Assembly (NCBI GenBank): GCA_965602015.1
Contig: OZ271918.1
Coordinates: forward strand, 1,248,001 to 1,312,000
Direction: 5' to 3'
DNA from: Salinispira sp.
Lineage (GTDB): Bacteria > Spirochaetota > Spirochaetia > DSM-27196 > Salinispiraceae
DNA: 64,000 bases
Under the pieces are notes generated by a model. The model was not told the origin of the DNA. It made no database searches and was given only the letters and a program-made list of their open reading frames with translations. This document shows positions 50,931-61,254 of this stretch, in pieces. Positions within the stretch are counted from its first letter, which is position 1; the number at the start of each line of letters is the position of its first letter. Made by a program: the position numbers and the translations under genes.

Positions 50931-51355
50931 GTCCGTCCAATCAGGAACGACTTTTTCAAAAGTCTTACGCCATGGAGTTGGTCAATATCGCCCGTGCAGA
51001 CGGCATGACAGCCCGCTATCTCCTCGAAGGTTTACGTTCGGGGAAAATACGAAACGAAAATTTTTTCTTTCAGGCTCAGCAGTGCATAGAAAAGGCGATC
51101 AAAGCGGTTCTGGTGCAGGTGGAGCAACCGGTTCCGCTGGTTCATGATCTGGGAATCCTCCTGGCCAAGGTTCCCCGGCAATTCGAGCCTCCTTTCGGCT
51201 ATGAAATTGCCAGGCTGTCCGATTTCGCCGCAGTCAGGCGTTATGAAGAAAGCGTTCTGCAGTGGGGTGAGCAGGAAGCTGATGAGGCCATGACACTTGT
51301 CGAACAAGCGTTACGTTGGGCCGAGGCCATAATAACCGGGCCCGAGTCCCCCTAA
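50927..51355 (+). CDS. HEPN domain protein (MNT-HEPN toxin-antitoxin pair)
   Basis: ATGA overlap with MNT; FQAQQCIEKAIKA; HDLGILL; AVRRY. Confidence 0.88.
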   Translation: MSPSNQERLFQKSYAMELVNIARADGMTARYLLEGLRSGKIRNENFFFQAQQCIEKAIKAVLVQVEQPVPLVHDLGILLAKVPRQFEPPFGYEIARLSDFAAVRRYEESVLQWGEQEADEAMTLVEQALRWAEAIITGPESP

Positions 51356-51367
51356 TTACCCATCAGT

Positions 51368-51919
51368 TCATGGTCCTTCCACCCGCCGGTGAATCAGGTC
51401 CATGGCAACGAGTCCGGCTGCGGTACCGGCCAGGTCCCAGACAATATCCCTCCAGCTGAACAGACCGTAGTCAACCCAATCATACAGCTCTTTGCCAAGC
51501 CCCACCGAGATACTGATTCCCGCTGACCAGGCGAGAGCCAACTCATCGGGGGCATCAGTGGCAAACCCGTCACTGAGCGCCAGGTATGAGCCGCCGGTAA
51601 TAAGGAAACTCGCGGCAAAGTGATAGTACTTATCGGATGAAAACCTGGGATCATTCGGCTTCGTTTGCTCACCCGGCACCGTCGGTTCGGTCAACACGAT
51701 TAGGTCTGCCGTTTCGGCCAAAACCGTTAAGTCCGGCTGTTGAGACCACTGGGCTGGCAACGCACTGCTTTCCCGTGTTTCCTGACCAATAATTTCCCTC
51801 GGCACCGATAGTGCGTCTTGCCCATCCGCCAGAAGCCTCGGGCTGATCAGGAAGAACAAAAGGAGAATGTGGTGAAAATGTAGCTGTAGTTTCTCGCCTA
51901 TGGCCGTCGTGTTTTCCAT
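51368..51919 (-). CDS. YfiM/DUF2279-like membrane or exported protein
   Basis: DKYYHFAASF; GLGKELYD; FSWRDIVWDLAG. Confidence 0.7.
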   Translation of the reverse strand: MENTTAIGEKLQLHFHHILLLFFLISPRLLADGQDALSVPREIIGQETRESSALPAQWSQQPDLTVLAETADLIVLTEPTVPGEQTKPNDPRFSSDKYYHFAASFLITGGSYLALSDGFATDAPDELALAWSAGISISVGLGKELYDWVDYGLFSWRDIVWDLAGTAAGLVAMDLIHRRVEGP

Positions 51920-51921
51920 AG

Positions 51922-52065
51922 TGCCCCCAAAACAGCTGATTTAAACCCTCTAACCTGTTAACCAGGGAGGATTTGCACGCCGTCCATTGCGCGCCAAGGC
52001 AAATCTTTAGGTTACTCCTTCTCACACAGTGTGTTACCACACCCAAATCAGCTGTTTTCGGGGCA
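51922..52065. mobile_element. 144-bp MITE-like element with 21-bp terminal inverted repeats
   Basis: TGCCCCCAAAACAGCTGATTT and AAATCAGCTGTTTTCGGGGCA (one mismatch). Confidence 0.6.
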
Positions 52066-52156
52066 GTTCGTATTTATTCTGTATTATACTTGGCTATAGA
52101 CACAACTGAACCGCCCCGGCTTTACCGGAGACAAAATCTTGTGAGAGGATGGAGTC

Positions 52157-52483
52157 ATGGTAAAGAAAAACAGCAGGTTTTCTGAGGAAGTTAAGGAGCG
52201 GGCAATCCGCATGGTATTCGCCGCCAAAGGTGAATATGATTCTCAGTGGGCCGCAATTGAGTCGATAGCTGAAAAGATAGGCTGTACTGCAGAGACGTTA
52301 CGGCGGTGGGTTCGCCAAGCCGAGAAAGATAATGGTAGTCGGGAGGGACTTACAACCGACGAGAAGAAGCGAATCAAGGAGCTCGAGCGGGAGAACCGGG
52401 AGCTCAAGAAAGCCAATGAGATTCTACGTCTGGCTTCCGCATATTTCGCGAAGGCGGAGCTCGACCGCCAACACAAGAAATAG
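52157..52483 (+). CDS. IS3 family transposase OrfA
   Basis: FSEEVKERAIR; IGCTAETLRRWV; ELKKANEILR. Confidence 0.93.
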   Translation: MVKKNSRFSEEVKERAIRMVFAAKGEYDSQWAAIESIAEKIGCTAETLRRWVRQAEKDNGSREGLTTDEKKRIKELERENRELKKANEILRLASAYFAKAELDRQHKK

Positions 52484-53379
52484 TCTGCTTCATTGATGAA
52501 CACCGCGATGACTATGGGGTCGAGCCGATTTGTACTCAGGTGCCAATCGCTCCTTCGGTGTACTACGAACAGAAAAAGCGAGTAAAACACCCTGAAACAG
52601 CTCCCGCAAGGGTAAAGCGCGATGAAATCCTGAAGCCAGAGATCCAGAGGGTTTGGGATGAGAATTATGAGGTTTACGGCGTTCGCAAGGTCTGGCACCA
52701 GCTGAAGCGAGAAGGATTCCAGATCGCACGATGTACCGTGGCCCGTCTCATGGCTGTCATGGGGCTTAAAGGCGTCATACGAGGCCGCAAGGTGCGAACC
52801 ACAGTACCGGACCCGAAAAATGAACGTCCGCTCGATTTGGTGCACAGGGAATTCAGTGCCGACCGTCCGAATCAGCTGTGGGTGGCGGATTTCACTTATT
52901 GCGCGTCTTGGGTGGGTTTTGTATATGTGGCATTTATCATCGATGTATTTTCACGAATGATCGTCGGATGGCGTGCCTCGAGGTCCATGAGCGCAGAGCT
53001 GACGCTGGATGCTCTGGAACAAGCCCTGTGGGCAAGGCAACCTGAAAATGGGCTGATCCACCACAGTGATCGTGGGAGCCAGTATCTGTCAATCCGGTAT
53101 TCTGACCGCTTAGCAGAAGAAGGCATTGCCCCATCTGTTGGGAGTGTAGGCAGCTCATATGACAACGCGCTGGCTGAAACCATAAACGGACTGTACAAAT
53201 CCGAAATGATCTACCGTAAAGGACCGTGGAAAAACCTGGATGCTATTGAGGCTGCTACGCTGGAATGGGTAAGCTGGTACAACAATAAACGGATTTATGA
53301 AATCCTGGGATATATGCCTCCGGCAGAGTTTGAGAAGGCATATTATGATCAACTGCAAGACGCAGCCAGCGGGCTGTAG
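52480..53379 (+). CDS. IS3 family transposase OrfB (DDE), expected to be fused to OrfA by -1 frameshift
   Basis: WVADFTY; HHSDRGSQY; DNALAETING; TTTC followed by a GGCGG/CCGCC hairpin at 52444-52469. Confidence 0.92.
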   Translation: MVCFIDEHRDDYGVEPICTQVPIAPSVYYEQKKRVKHPETAPARVKRDEILKPEIQRVWDENYEVYGVRKVWHQLKREGFQIARCTVARLMAVMGLKGVIRGRKVRTTVPDPKNERPLDLVHREFSADRPNQLWVADFTYCASWVGFVYVAFIIDVFSRMIVGWRASRSMSAELTLDALEQALWARQPENGLIHHSDRGSQYLSIRYSDRLAEEGIAPSVGSVGSSYDNALAETINGLYKSEMIYRKGPWKNLDAIEAATLEWVSWYNNKRIYEILGYMPPAEFEKAYYDQLQDAASGL

Positions 53380-53458
53380 TCATACAAAACACTCTCCGGG
53401 ATTCCCGGGGCGGTTCACAACCGGTGTCTGAGGATACCCGTAGAAAGAGAGAAAACCA

Positions 53459-54376
53459 ATGATCAATTATGCCTGGGAAAACCTGCCAGAGCTTAACTAT
53501 GACGAATGGGAGTCCAGCAGAACGACTCTTCACCTGTATGCCCAAATGGTCGGCAAGGCGCTGTTAAAGCTGGCCATCCGGCGCAACCACTGGTGGCATG
53601 CCACATTTAAAGTGAGCCCCCGTGGCCTGGTAAGCGATCCCTTCCCGCTGGGCGGCGGTTTCGGGCAATTCGAGTTCGATCTTGCGAAAGGGGCTTTCCG
53701 GGTCCTGCGAAGCGGCAGGGGAGAACGGGCCTTCGCTCTTGAAACTGGATTAAGTGTGTCGGATTTCTATGGAAGTTTTGTGGCAGCAGCGGCTGAGCTG
53801 GATATCAGCGTAGGTCTGGACATTCCCGAGCCCTACGACCACCCGTCATCGATACCCTTCGAAAAGGATTCCCAACATGCCGGATATGAGGGCGAATCGG
53901 TTTCCGTATTTTTTGAGATTCTGAGCTTCAGTTCTGCGGTTCTGGAGGAGTTTGCCTCGGGCTTTAGCGGCAAACGTTCCCCGGTTCAGCTGTTTTGGCA
54001 TCACCTGGATCTGGCGGTAAACCTGTACAGCGGGGCATCCTTGGGCTCGGGCGCAGGAATGAATACCAGCAGCCGGGATGCATTTTCCCACGAGGTTTTC
54101 GGGGCGGGTTTTAAAAGCGGCGATCAGTTTATTACCGAGCCGTATTTTTTTGCCTATATTTTTCCTGCAGATGAAACCCTGTTTGCCAATCGCCTAAGCG
54201 ACCCGGCTGCCTATTGGAGCGACAAGGCGGGAATGTACCGGGCAATACTGCCGTACCACGAGCTGCGCAGACGTAACAGTTTTCGGGCTGACCTGCTGTC
54301 CTTCCTGCGCAACTCTTATGAGATAATGGCCGCCGCACGGCACTGGGATACCGAATCCCTGAAATATTCACCCTGA
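53459..54376 (+). CDS. DUF5996 family protein
   Basis: TLHLYAQMVGK; NHWWH; SPVQLFWHHLDLAV; FSHE. Confidence 0.75.
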   Translation: MINYAWENLPELNYDEWESSRTTLHLYAQMVGKALLKLAIRRNHWWHATFKVSPRGLVSDPFPLGGGFGQFEFDLAKGAFRVLRSGRGERAFALETGLSVSDFYGSFVAAAAELDISVGLDIPEPYDHPSSIPFEKDSQHAGYEGESVSVFFEILSFSSAVLEEFASGFSGKRSPVQLFWHHLDLAVNLYSGASLGSGAGMNTSSRDAFSHEVFGAGFKSGDQFITEPYFFAYIFPADETLFANRLSDPAAYWSDKAGMYRAILPYHELRRRNSFRADLLSFLRNSYEIMAAARHWDTESLKYSP

Positions 54377-54395
54377 GTGGGAAGGCGAGGGGATG

Positions 54396-55565
54396 TTAGC
54401 GCATCCCCTCCATTCCTTTTGCTATTTCCCCGGCGATGCTTTCAAAAACCTGATCAAAACTGCCCTCGCCGTTTACCTTTTTTACTCCGTGCAGCTCCTG
54501 ATACTTTTCAATAACCGGCACCGTTTTGTCCTGGTGGTCCTGGAGCCGGCGGACGATTTTTGACATTTCGCTGTCATAGGGCCTCATGTCGTCGGTTTGC
54601 CGGCGCTCGTCCAGTCGCCTGATAAGTTCCAGGGTCGGCACCTCAATTTCAATAACCTGGGAAATAAAGGTTTTGTGTTTTTTTAATAGGCCGTCGAGGA
54701 TGTATGACTGAACGAGGGTTCGGGGAAAGCCTTTGAAGATGAAGCCTTTGGCTTCGGTTGATTGTTCGAGCTTTTTCTCGATGAGCTGAACGATTATTTC
54801 ATCGGGAACCAGTTCGCCCTTGTCGTATATCTCCCGGACCCGTTTGCCGATGTCGCTGCCGGCAGCGATTTCTTCGGCCAGCATGGTACCGGTTGCCACG
54901 TACTCAAGGCCGAATTTTTGCGCCAATGCTTTTCCCTGAGAACCCCGCCCGGAACCCGGATACCCGAACAGGACGATGTTGTACAGGCTGTTCTTCAACT
55001 CGTCGCGGATGATATCCCGGATGTCAGAGGTGACTTTTGAGATGTCCTGATTTCCGTTAACCTGCCGCAGAACGCCCCGGTCCTTGTAGAAATCCAACAC
55101 CGGAAGGGTTTTGTCGTAGTATTCCTTGAGCCTGTTTCGGATGACTGTTTCATTGTCATCCATGCGTCCCGAGGTCTTCCCGCGGTTCATCAACCGGGAT
55201 ACCGACTCTTCCTCTTCTACCTCCAAGCTGATGAGGCAATTGAGCGAGGTATTGAGCTTGATCATCAGCCCCTCGAGAATATAGGCCTGAATGTAGGTTC
55301 GGGGAAATCCGTCAAACAGGAATCCCTTGGAGCCTGGATGACTGACAATGGTTTTTTCTATGATCTGGACGATGATTTCATCTGATACCAGCCCCCCTGA
55401 GGCGATGATGCTCTTGGCCTCCAGCCCCAGCCTGGACTCCTGGGCGATTTCATTCCTGAGGATGTCGCCGGTTGAAATGTAAAAGAGATTGTACTCTTTT
55501 CTCAGAAATTCCGATTGGGTTCCTTTGCCGGCTCCCGGAGGGCCGAACAATGCAATGTTTATCAT
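54396..55565 (-). CDS. adk: Adenylate kinase with tandem duplicated domain
   Basis: Domain 1 FGPPGAGKGTQ, STGD, DGFPRT; domain 2 FGYPGSGRGSQ, KGFPRT; start moved to ATG 55565. Confidence 0.88.
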   Translation of the reverse strand: MINIALFGPPGAGKGTQSEFLRKEYNLFYISTGDILRNEIAQESRLGLEAKSIIASGGLVSDEIIVQIIEKTIVSHPGSKGFLFDGFPRTYIQAYILEGLMIKLNTSLNCLISLEVEEEESVSRLMNRGKTSGRMDDNETVIRNRLKEYYDKTLPVLDFYKDRGVLRQVNGNQDISKVTSDIRDIIRDELKNSLYNIVLFGYPGSGRGSQGKALAQKFGLEYVATGTMLAEEIAAGSDIGKRVREIYDKGELVPDEIIVQLIEKKLEQSTEAKGFIFKGFPRTLVQSYILDGLLKKHKTFISQVIEIEVPTLELIRRLDERRQTDDMRPYDSEMSKIVRRLQDHQDKTVPVIEKYQELHGVKKVNGEGSFDQVFESIAGEIAKGMEGMR

Positions 55566-55739
55566 GGCGTCTCCCGCAGCGCATGTGGGTACATACCAGC
55601 GCTTAAGACAGCTTACAGGCAAATGAGCGATATTGCACTTTTTTATTTACCAGGCGTGCCAATCTGTACTATCTCTTTTGCTGTACGGGTCATTTCTCCG
55701 CTGATTTATTATACTTTGGAAGTATACATAAGGAAGATT

Positions 55740-56771
55740 ATGAAAAACGTCGTAAACCGGGCTTCCATCAGCCTTAACCGGATAATTACTGTCCTGCTGC
55801 TGTTTCTCGCACTTTCCCTGGCGTTAATTCTCGTCGTGTCATCCACGGTCCGGGAGTTTTCTGCAGCGATTAATGACAGCGGGCGGGTGCGGGGCGGCAT
55901 TCAAAAAACCCTCGTCACGGCCTTGAGCGGAGAGTCGATAGAGGCTGACGCTGCGTTCATCGACAATGTGATCAGCTCTCTAAGCAGTTTTACCGGCAGA
56001 TACTCATTGCTCTTTAGCTCCGCTGACATTCGCCGCATTGACAGCCTTAACCGCCGATGGAGTGAGGCTCGAAGCGTTATCAGCAGAGGGGTAGGCGTTG
56101 ACGTTCCGATGATTAAAACCCTCAGCGACGAATTGTGGACCCTCGCCGATGAAAACGTCAGCGCCATCGAGCAGACCTCCCGGAGATTCATAAACTTCCT
56201 CTATGTGGCGATCTTTATTATCAGTACGGCGATTATCGCCCTGCTGCTGCTCATCGTCGTTGTGCGCAAACTGGTTTCAGAGCGGATAGAAAATCAGGCT
56301 TCCAGAGACCAGCTTACGGGTATGTACAACCGGAATTTCTTCAAGGAAATCGTCGATCATCGCATCCACGAGTTGAGCACCGAAAGCGCTTTTTTGGTTG
56401 TGGTTCTCTGCGATATAGATCATTTCAAATCAATTAACGACACCCGGGGGCATGACGAAGGTGACCGTATCCTAAAAAAAACCGCCGATTCAATCCAGGG
56501 GGCAATCCGGGAAAGCGATATTGCCTTCCGCTACGGCGGTGAAGAATTCCTGGTTCTGGGAAACATCGCCCAGGCCGCTGACATCGCGGCATTTTGCGAG
56601 CGGATTCGAAGCAGGGTGGAAAGCGACAGTGCCGGCGATGTGAGCATTAGCGTGGGAGCAGTCATACACCCGCCGCGCAGCGATATCCAGGCCTCAATTA
56701 AAGCGGCGGATACCGCCCTGTATGAGGCAAAGCATGCCGGGCGCAACCGAGTGGTCATTGCCGGTTCTTAA
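55740..56771 (+). CDS. Membrane diguanylate cyclase
   Basis: Two TMs; DIDHFKSIND; RYGGEEF; start moved to ATG 55740. Confidence 0.92.
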   Translation: MKNVVNRASISLNRIITVLLLFLALSLALILVVSSTVREFSAAINDSGRVRGGIQKTLVTALSGESIEADAAFIDNVISSLSSFTGRYSLLFSSADIRRIDSLNRRWSEARSVISRGVGVDVPMIKTLSDELWTLADENVSAIEQTSRRFINFLYVAIFIISTAIIALLLLIVVVRKLVSERIENQASRDQLTGMYNRNFFKEIVDHRIHELSTESAFLVVVLCDIDHFKSINDTRGHDEGDRILKKTADSIQGAIRESDIAFRYGGEEFLVLGNIAQAADIAAFCERIRSRVESDSAGDVSISVGAVIHPPRSDIQASIKAADTALYEAKHAGRNRVVIAGS

Positions 56772-56831
56772 AGCACACAAGCAGAGGTTAGCAGGTCTTT
56801 TTTGGAACACACTGATCGCGCAGGTTTTTGA

Positions 56832-57974
56832 TTATTTGGCTTCCTCCTTCATCTTGTACATCTGCCGGTCCACATGGGTGTACAGAGACTTGAGGTCCGA
56901 AAAGCGCTTGGGATCGAATATGGTGTACCCCACGCTGAGACTGATGGTATACGGAGCCTGACTTTTTTCATTTTCAAGGCGGATGCCTTCATGCACCCGC
57001 TTGACCAAGCCTTGAATTGCCTCCTCATCATCGCAATCGACCAGTATAAGAAACTCGTCCCCGCCAAAACGGGATATTCGGTCGCGTTTTTTGAATGACC
57101 TGATAAACAGATTCGCGACGGTAATAAGGGCCTGGTCTCCTTCGTAGTGGCCGTGCTCGTCGTTGATTTGCTTGAACCGGTCGAGGTCCACCATGAGGAG
57201 GGCAAACCCGCCGTTCTTTTTGTAGCTGGAGATCCGGTAGCTCACGGCTTCTTCGATTTGCTGGCGGTTTAACAAACCGGTGAGAAAATCCCTGGTGTCT
57301 CTTCGGATTTCAAGGAATACGTAGCTCACCAAAATCGCCAGGGTTATTGACGGCCAAAACGCCGTAACCCCGAACAGGATTACCTGCAGGGCGAAACCGA
57401 CAATGGGTATGATGCTGAAAAAGAGCATGGTACCAAACACCAGTTTTTTTAGCTGATTGCGATTACGAAGGGCGATTATGAGGATAAGAAAGATGAGGGT
57501 GACGCTCACCGCGGTGTACGCATACAGGCCCGGTTGGCGATGATACACATTCGCATCGTCCACATAAAAAAGAAAGTTGGTTAACGGGGTGATTAGCACC
57601 ATGATTACTATCAGAACGTATGGTTGGAGATAGTACCACTTCTTTCGCAGCCGCGTTGCCGAGCCATAGATGACATAGTCGAAGTAATTGATCCAGGCAA
57701 TGGCCGGTAAGGGACTGAACAAGAGGTACAGGTAATTGCTCCCATATACCAACCATCGGAGCCCCGGGTCCGTGTGTCCGTCTGCTATCCAGGTAAGAAT
57801 TTCCAGGAAGAGCACACCAATGGTGCTCCAGGCGAGCAGTTTGAAAATTCTGGTTTGGCTGGCATCCCCCTCCCCGCGAAACCGGTCGGCGTAGAGAATA
57901 ACCATGAGAAGCAGAATCGCGTAGCCATTGAGATCTATGGTTCTGATCTGTTCAATTAACCAGCTTCTCCACAT
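56832..57974 (-). CDS. Multi-TM diguanylate cyclase
   Basis: Hydrophobic N-terminus; DLDRFKQIND; RFGGDEF. Confidence 0.92.
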   Translation of the reverse strand: MWRSWLIEQIRTIDLNGYAILLLMVILYADRFRGEGDASQTRIFKLLAWSTIGVLFLEILTWIADGHTDPGLRWLVYGSNYLYLLFSPLPAIAWINYFDYVIYGSATRLRKKWYYLQPYVLIVIMVLITPLTNFLFYVDDANVYHRQPGLYAYTAVSVTLIFLILIIALRNRNQLKKLVFGTMLFFSIIPIVGFALQVILFGVTAFWPSITLAILVSYVFLEIRRDTRDFLTGLLNRQQIEEAVSYRISSYKKNGGFALLMVDLDRFKQINDEHGHYEGDQALITVANLFIRSFKKRDRISRFGGDEFLILVDCDDEEAIQGLVKRVHEGIRLENEKSQAPYTISLSVGYTIFDPKRFSDLKSLYTHVDRQMYKMKEEAK

Positions 57975-57976
57975 GA

Positions 57977-60900
57977 TTAGTCTCCTCCGGGCTCCACGTC
58001 ACGTGTACTAATTTCTCTGCCGGCGGACAATATTGCCCGCAGTTCGCTCAGGGGCATGGGCCGGTAGTAATAATATCCCTGGATTTCACCACAACCTCTG
58101 TCTTTCAGGAACTCGAGCTGCTCCTTTGTTTCGACGCCCTCTGCCACCACCGTCAGTCCGAGGTTGCGTGAGAGTTCAAGAATAAAACTTATAATAGCCG
58201 AGGCGCTGTCTCCAGAGGATATGCTGTCCACGAACTGCTTGTCGATTTTAATTTTGTCGATGGGTAAATCGCTGAGCCTGCCGAGGGAGGAGTATTCAGT
58301 TCCGAAATCATCTATTGAAATGGAAAAACCGATATGTTTGAGTTCATGGATCTGATCTGATATGGGTGTAAGCTCGCCCATAGCCAGCCGCTCGGTAATT
58401 TCGAGATCGAGCATGGCGGGTTTGAGCCGGTATTTCCTGACGCAATCGCGAACATGGTTAACCAAACCCGGATTGAGAAACTGCCTGAGCGAGAGGTTTA
58501 CCGAAACCTCGAGGTTTGCGACCCCTTGATCCATCAGGCTGCGCAGGTCGCGGCATGCTGTCTCGATGACCCAGTTTCCCACTGGATGAATGAGGTTGCT
58601 CTCCTCCACGATGGAAATGAAGTCAGCGGGAGGCACAATGCCTTTTTCCGGATGGTTCCAGCGGATCAGGGCTTCAAGACCGATGATGGTTCCGTCGGCG
58701 CTGGATACCTGCGGCTGGTAATAAAGCAGGAATTCTTCGCGATCCAGCGCGTCGTGCAGCTCATTGAGAATCTTCATCCGCTCAATTGATTGGCCTTCCT
58801 GCTGCGGCGAGTAGAAGGCAAAGCTGTTTTTACCGCTTTGCTTTGCGCCATACATCGCCTGATCGGCTTTTTTTATGAGCTGCTCGTTATCGACGCCGTT
58901 GGTCGGATACAGGGATATTCCCGCGCTGGCGGTAATCCGGTGGGGAACGCCCAGTATCTCCGTCGGCTCCTCGATGGCTCTGAGAATTTTCAGGGCGATG
59001 GTCTCCATATCGCTTTTTTGCTTGAGATGGGGAAAAATAAAGGTAAACTCGTCTCCGGCAAAGCGGGAAATCGTGTCGTATTCCCGAAGGCAGCTCTTCA
59101 TCCGCCGTGCGCTGATTTTTATGAGTTCGTCGCCGCCCTCATGGCCCAGGCTGTCGTTGACTATTTTAAAGGCGTCGAGATCGAGCAGCATCACTCCGAC
59201 CAGCCGTTCTTCCCTGCTCGCATAAGAGAGCTCTTCCTTGAGCCTGTCGCTGAACAGCACCCGGTTCGGAAGGCCGGTCAATGCGTCATACTTGGCCATG
59301 TACGCGATTTTCCGCTCCTTTGAAACCTTATCCAAAATATCGGAAAAAAGGAGGGCGATGGTTTTTAGGTTGGCGTGGGTCTCTGCGCTGTTCCCGTTGG
59401 TAAAATCCCGGGGCGGCGAATTGTAGCCAAGAATGAGGTATCCCAGCTGTTGTCTCGAATCCTCAAGCGGGCTGGCGTACAATACTCCCTCTGCTTCCAG
59501 TCTCGAAGCGAGCTGGGCCAAGGCTCCGGTCAGCCGGCAATCCGCCGTCGGGGCAAGGCTGATGGCACGGCTGCTGTCCACCAGCGACAATTGGCGTATT
59601 AACGCCTCGGGATGCGGAGCTTCTGCGGACTCCATGAGCGGCAGGCGGTTCCATTCCCTGAAGAATTCCAGATCGCCGGATTCATCTCCGTTGATCACGA
59701 TTGAAGCGTGGGCACAGCCGAAAAAATTCCCGCTGTCCCTGAGGATTTCCTCGAGCCTGCCTTCGATGCTTTCTGAAGTGACGTTCATGAGTTGCTGCGA
59801 TATGGCGGAAACCAGTTGGTAAAAGCCCGCAAATGCCGCCTGCTGAGACAGCCTGCGGCGGTAGATGCCCTGTATAAAAAGGGCGACTACCGCACCTCCG
59901 ATGTAAAAAAGGATCATAATGAGATAATCCATCGCTGCGATGGTGACTACAAGTTCGGGATTTCCTATCCAGGCCGATAACTGGGTGACCACCGCCGAAA
60001 TCAGGATGGTAATTATGAGACTCCGACGGCGAAACACGCTCGCTGCGTACAGAAACACCAGGGGAATCGGCCATGCGCTGTTAAACCCGTCGCCCCGGGC
60101 TGCCCATATCTGAAGGATGGGAATGGAAATTGCAACGATAAACGTCGCTGCGTTCTCCCGAAGCCCTTTGCTTATTCCTGTATGGGGAAGGAGCAAAATC
60201 ACCGTTCCCAGGGTGAAGATCAGGGCTGAAAACATGGAGGTCTCATACCATTGTGCAAGACCGAACACTATTCGAATGAAATTAATGACGGCGATGGCCA
60301 CCAAACTCAAGCCGAGGTTGCGAAAAAAGCGTTCCTGTTCCGGCTCGTCATCCAGAATCTCCGCAGAAATAGACGGAGCGGCCATGCCGCTAATTTCCCG
60401 TCGCTCCACACCGCGGTAAATTGCCAGTACGGTAATGGCTATGAGTATGGGAGCGGTAACCGGCGTTACCGTCCGGGAAAAATCGCGGGTAAAAATATCG
60501 GTAAGGCTTCCAACAGCCAATGCCAGCAATACCGCCAGCAGTATCAACAGGGCTCTCTTTCGCTTGCTTTTTTTCCGGTACGCCCACGATGAAATAACGA
60601 AGCCCACCATCGCCACATAGCCGATGTAGTACAAATTAAAAAACAGGGACCAGTCGGTGACGCGCCCGGCGTTCTGCCAGCCGAAAGCAGTCCAAACCAG
60701 CCGGTACTCGTCATTGGCAATTGAAGAAATCAGTGAGAAAACCAGTATGCTTACCAGCGCCGGGACATACAGCAGTATGCGCATAAAAACATTGCGCACC
60801 AAAAAGCGGTGCCCGGTTAAGATGAGGAAAAAATGAAGCAGTATTGCGTAGAAAGGGCTCCAGCCCAGGGCCGCAAAGCGCCGCCAGAACATGGCCTGGC

Positions 60901-61099
60901 TGAGGTTCGGCGCGCTTGCCGACAGGGCGATTCCCAGGGCCCAGGTTCCAAGGCATGTTGCCAGGGCGAAAAACAGCCTATTGGACAGGGCTTTGGAATT
61001 CAACGAAAGACCCCACACCCCGGTCAGGGAATAAGTGAAAAACGCGGCATTAAGGAGAAGCAGGTAGACTGATGCGGGAATCGACTGCAGCTCTGGCAT
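57977..61099 (-). CDS. Multi-TM sensor with GGDEF and EAL domains
   Basis: 7TM-like N-terminus; RFAGDEF; YQPQ...EALIRW; DDFGTEYSS; AEGVET. Confidence 0.92.
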   Translation of the reverse strand: MPELQSIPASVYLLLLNAAFFTYSLTGVWGLSLNSKALSNRLFFALATCLGTWALGIALSASAPNLSQAMFWRRFAALGWSPFYAILLHFFLILTGHRFLVRNVFMRILLYVPALVSILVFSLISSIANDEYRLVWTAFGWQNAGRVTDWSLFFNLYYIGYVAMVGFVISSWAYRKKSKRKRALLILLAVLLALAVGSLTDIFTRDFSRTVTPVTAPILIAITVLAIYRGVERREISGMAAPSISAEILDDEPEQERFFRNLGLSLVAIAVINFIRIVFGLAQWYETSMFSALIFTLGTVILLLPHTGISKGLRENAATFIVAISIPILQIWAARGDGFNSAWPIPLVFLYAASVFRRRSLIITILISAVVTQLSAWIGNPELVVTIAAMDYLIMILFYIGGAVVALFIQGIYRRRLSQQAAFAGFYQLVSAISQQLMNVTSESIEGRLEEILRDSGNFFGCAHASIVINGDESGDLEFFREWNRLPLMESAEAPHPEALIRQLSLVDSSRAISLAPTADCRLTGALAQLASRLEAEGVLYASPLEDSRQQLGYLILGYNSPPRDFTNGNSAETHANLKTIALLFSDILDKVSKERKIAYMAKYDALTGLPNRVLFSDRLKEELSYASREERLVGVMLLDLDAFKIVNDSLGHEGGDELIKISARRMKSCLREYDTISRFAGDEFTFIFPHLKQKSDMETIALKILRAIEEPTEILGVPHRITASAGISLYPTNGVDNEQLIKKADQAMYGAKQSGKNSFAFYSPQQEGQSIERMKILNELHDALDREEFLLYYQPQVSSADGTIIGLEALIRWNHPEKGIVPPADFISIVEESNLIHPVGNWVIETACRDLRSLMDQGVANLEVSVNLSLRQFLNPGLVNHVRDCVRKYRLKPAMLDLEITERLAMGELTPISDQIHELKHIGFSISIDDFGTEYSSLGRLSDLPIDKIKIDKQFVDSISSGDSASAIISFILELSRNLGLTVVAEGVETKEQLEFLKDRGCGEIQGYYYYRPMPLSELRAILSAGREISTRDVEPGGD

Positions 61100-61156
61100 G
61101 GTTTAAATTTAGGGTAAGTCGTCGCGGAAATCCAATAAAATGTTTTAGAGCTAAGT

Positions 61157-61185
61157 AAAACCCCCCGGACCTCAAGCACGGGGGG
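61157..61185 (-). terminator. Putative intrinsic terminator of the CARDB gene
   Basis: CCCCCCG/CGGGGGG stem followed by TTTT on the minus strand; second 11-bp perfect hairpin at 61220-61246. Confidence 0.55.
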
Positions 61186-61254
61186 AGTGAACGCATGGAC
61201 CCTGGATCAACTGGGCTATTACCCATCCCCGCGAGGGGGATGGGTATTTCATAA

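Larger units (their letters stand above)
52107..53417 (+). mobile_element. IS3 family element (IS629-like), 1311 bp
   Basis: TIR TGAACCGCCCCGG at both ends; 4-bp TSD CAAC; orfA plus orfB in the -1 frame. Confidence 0.96.
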
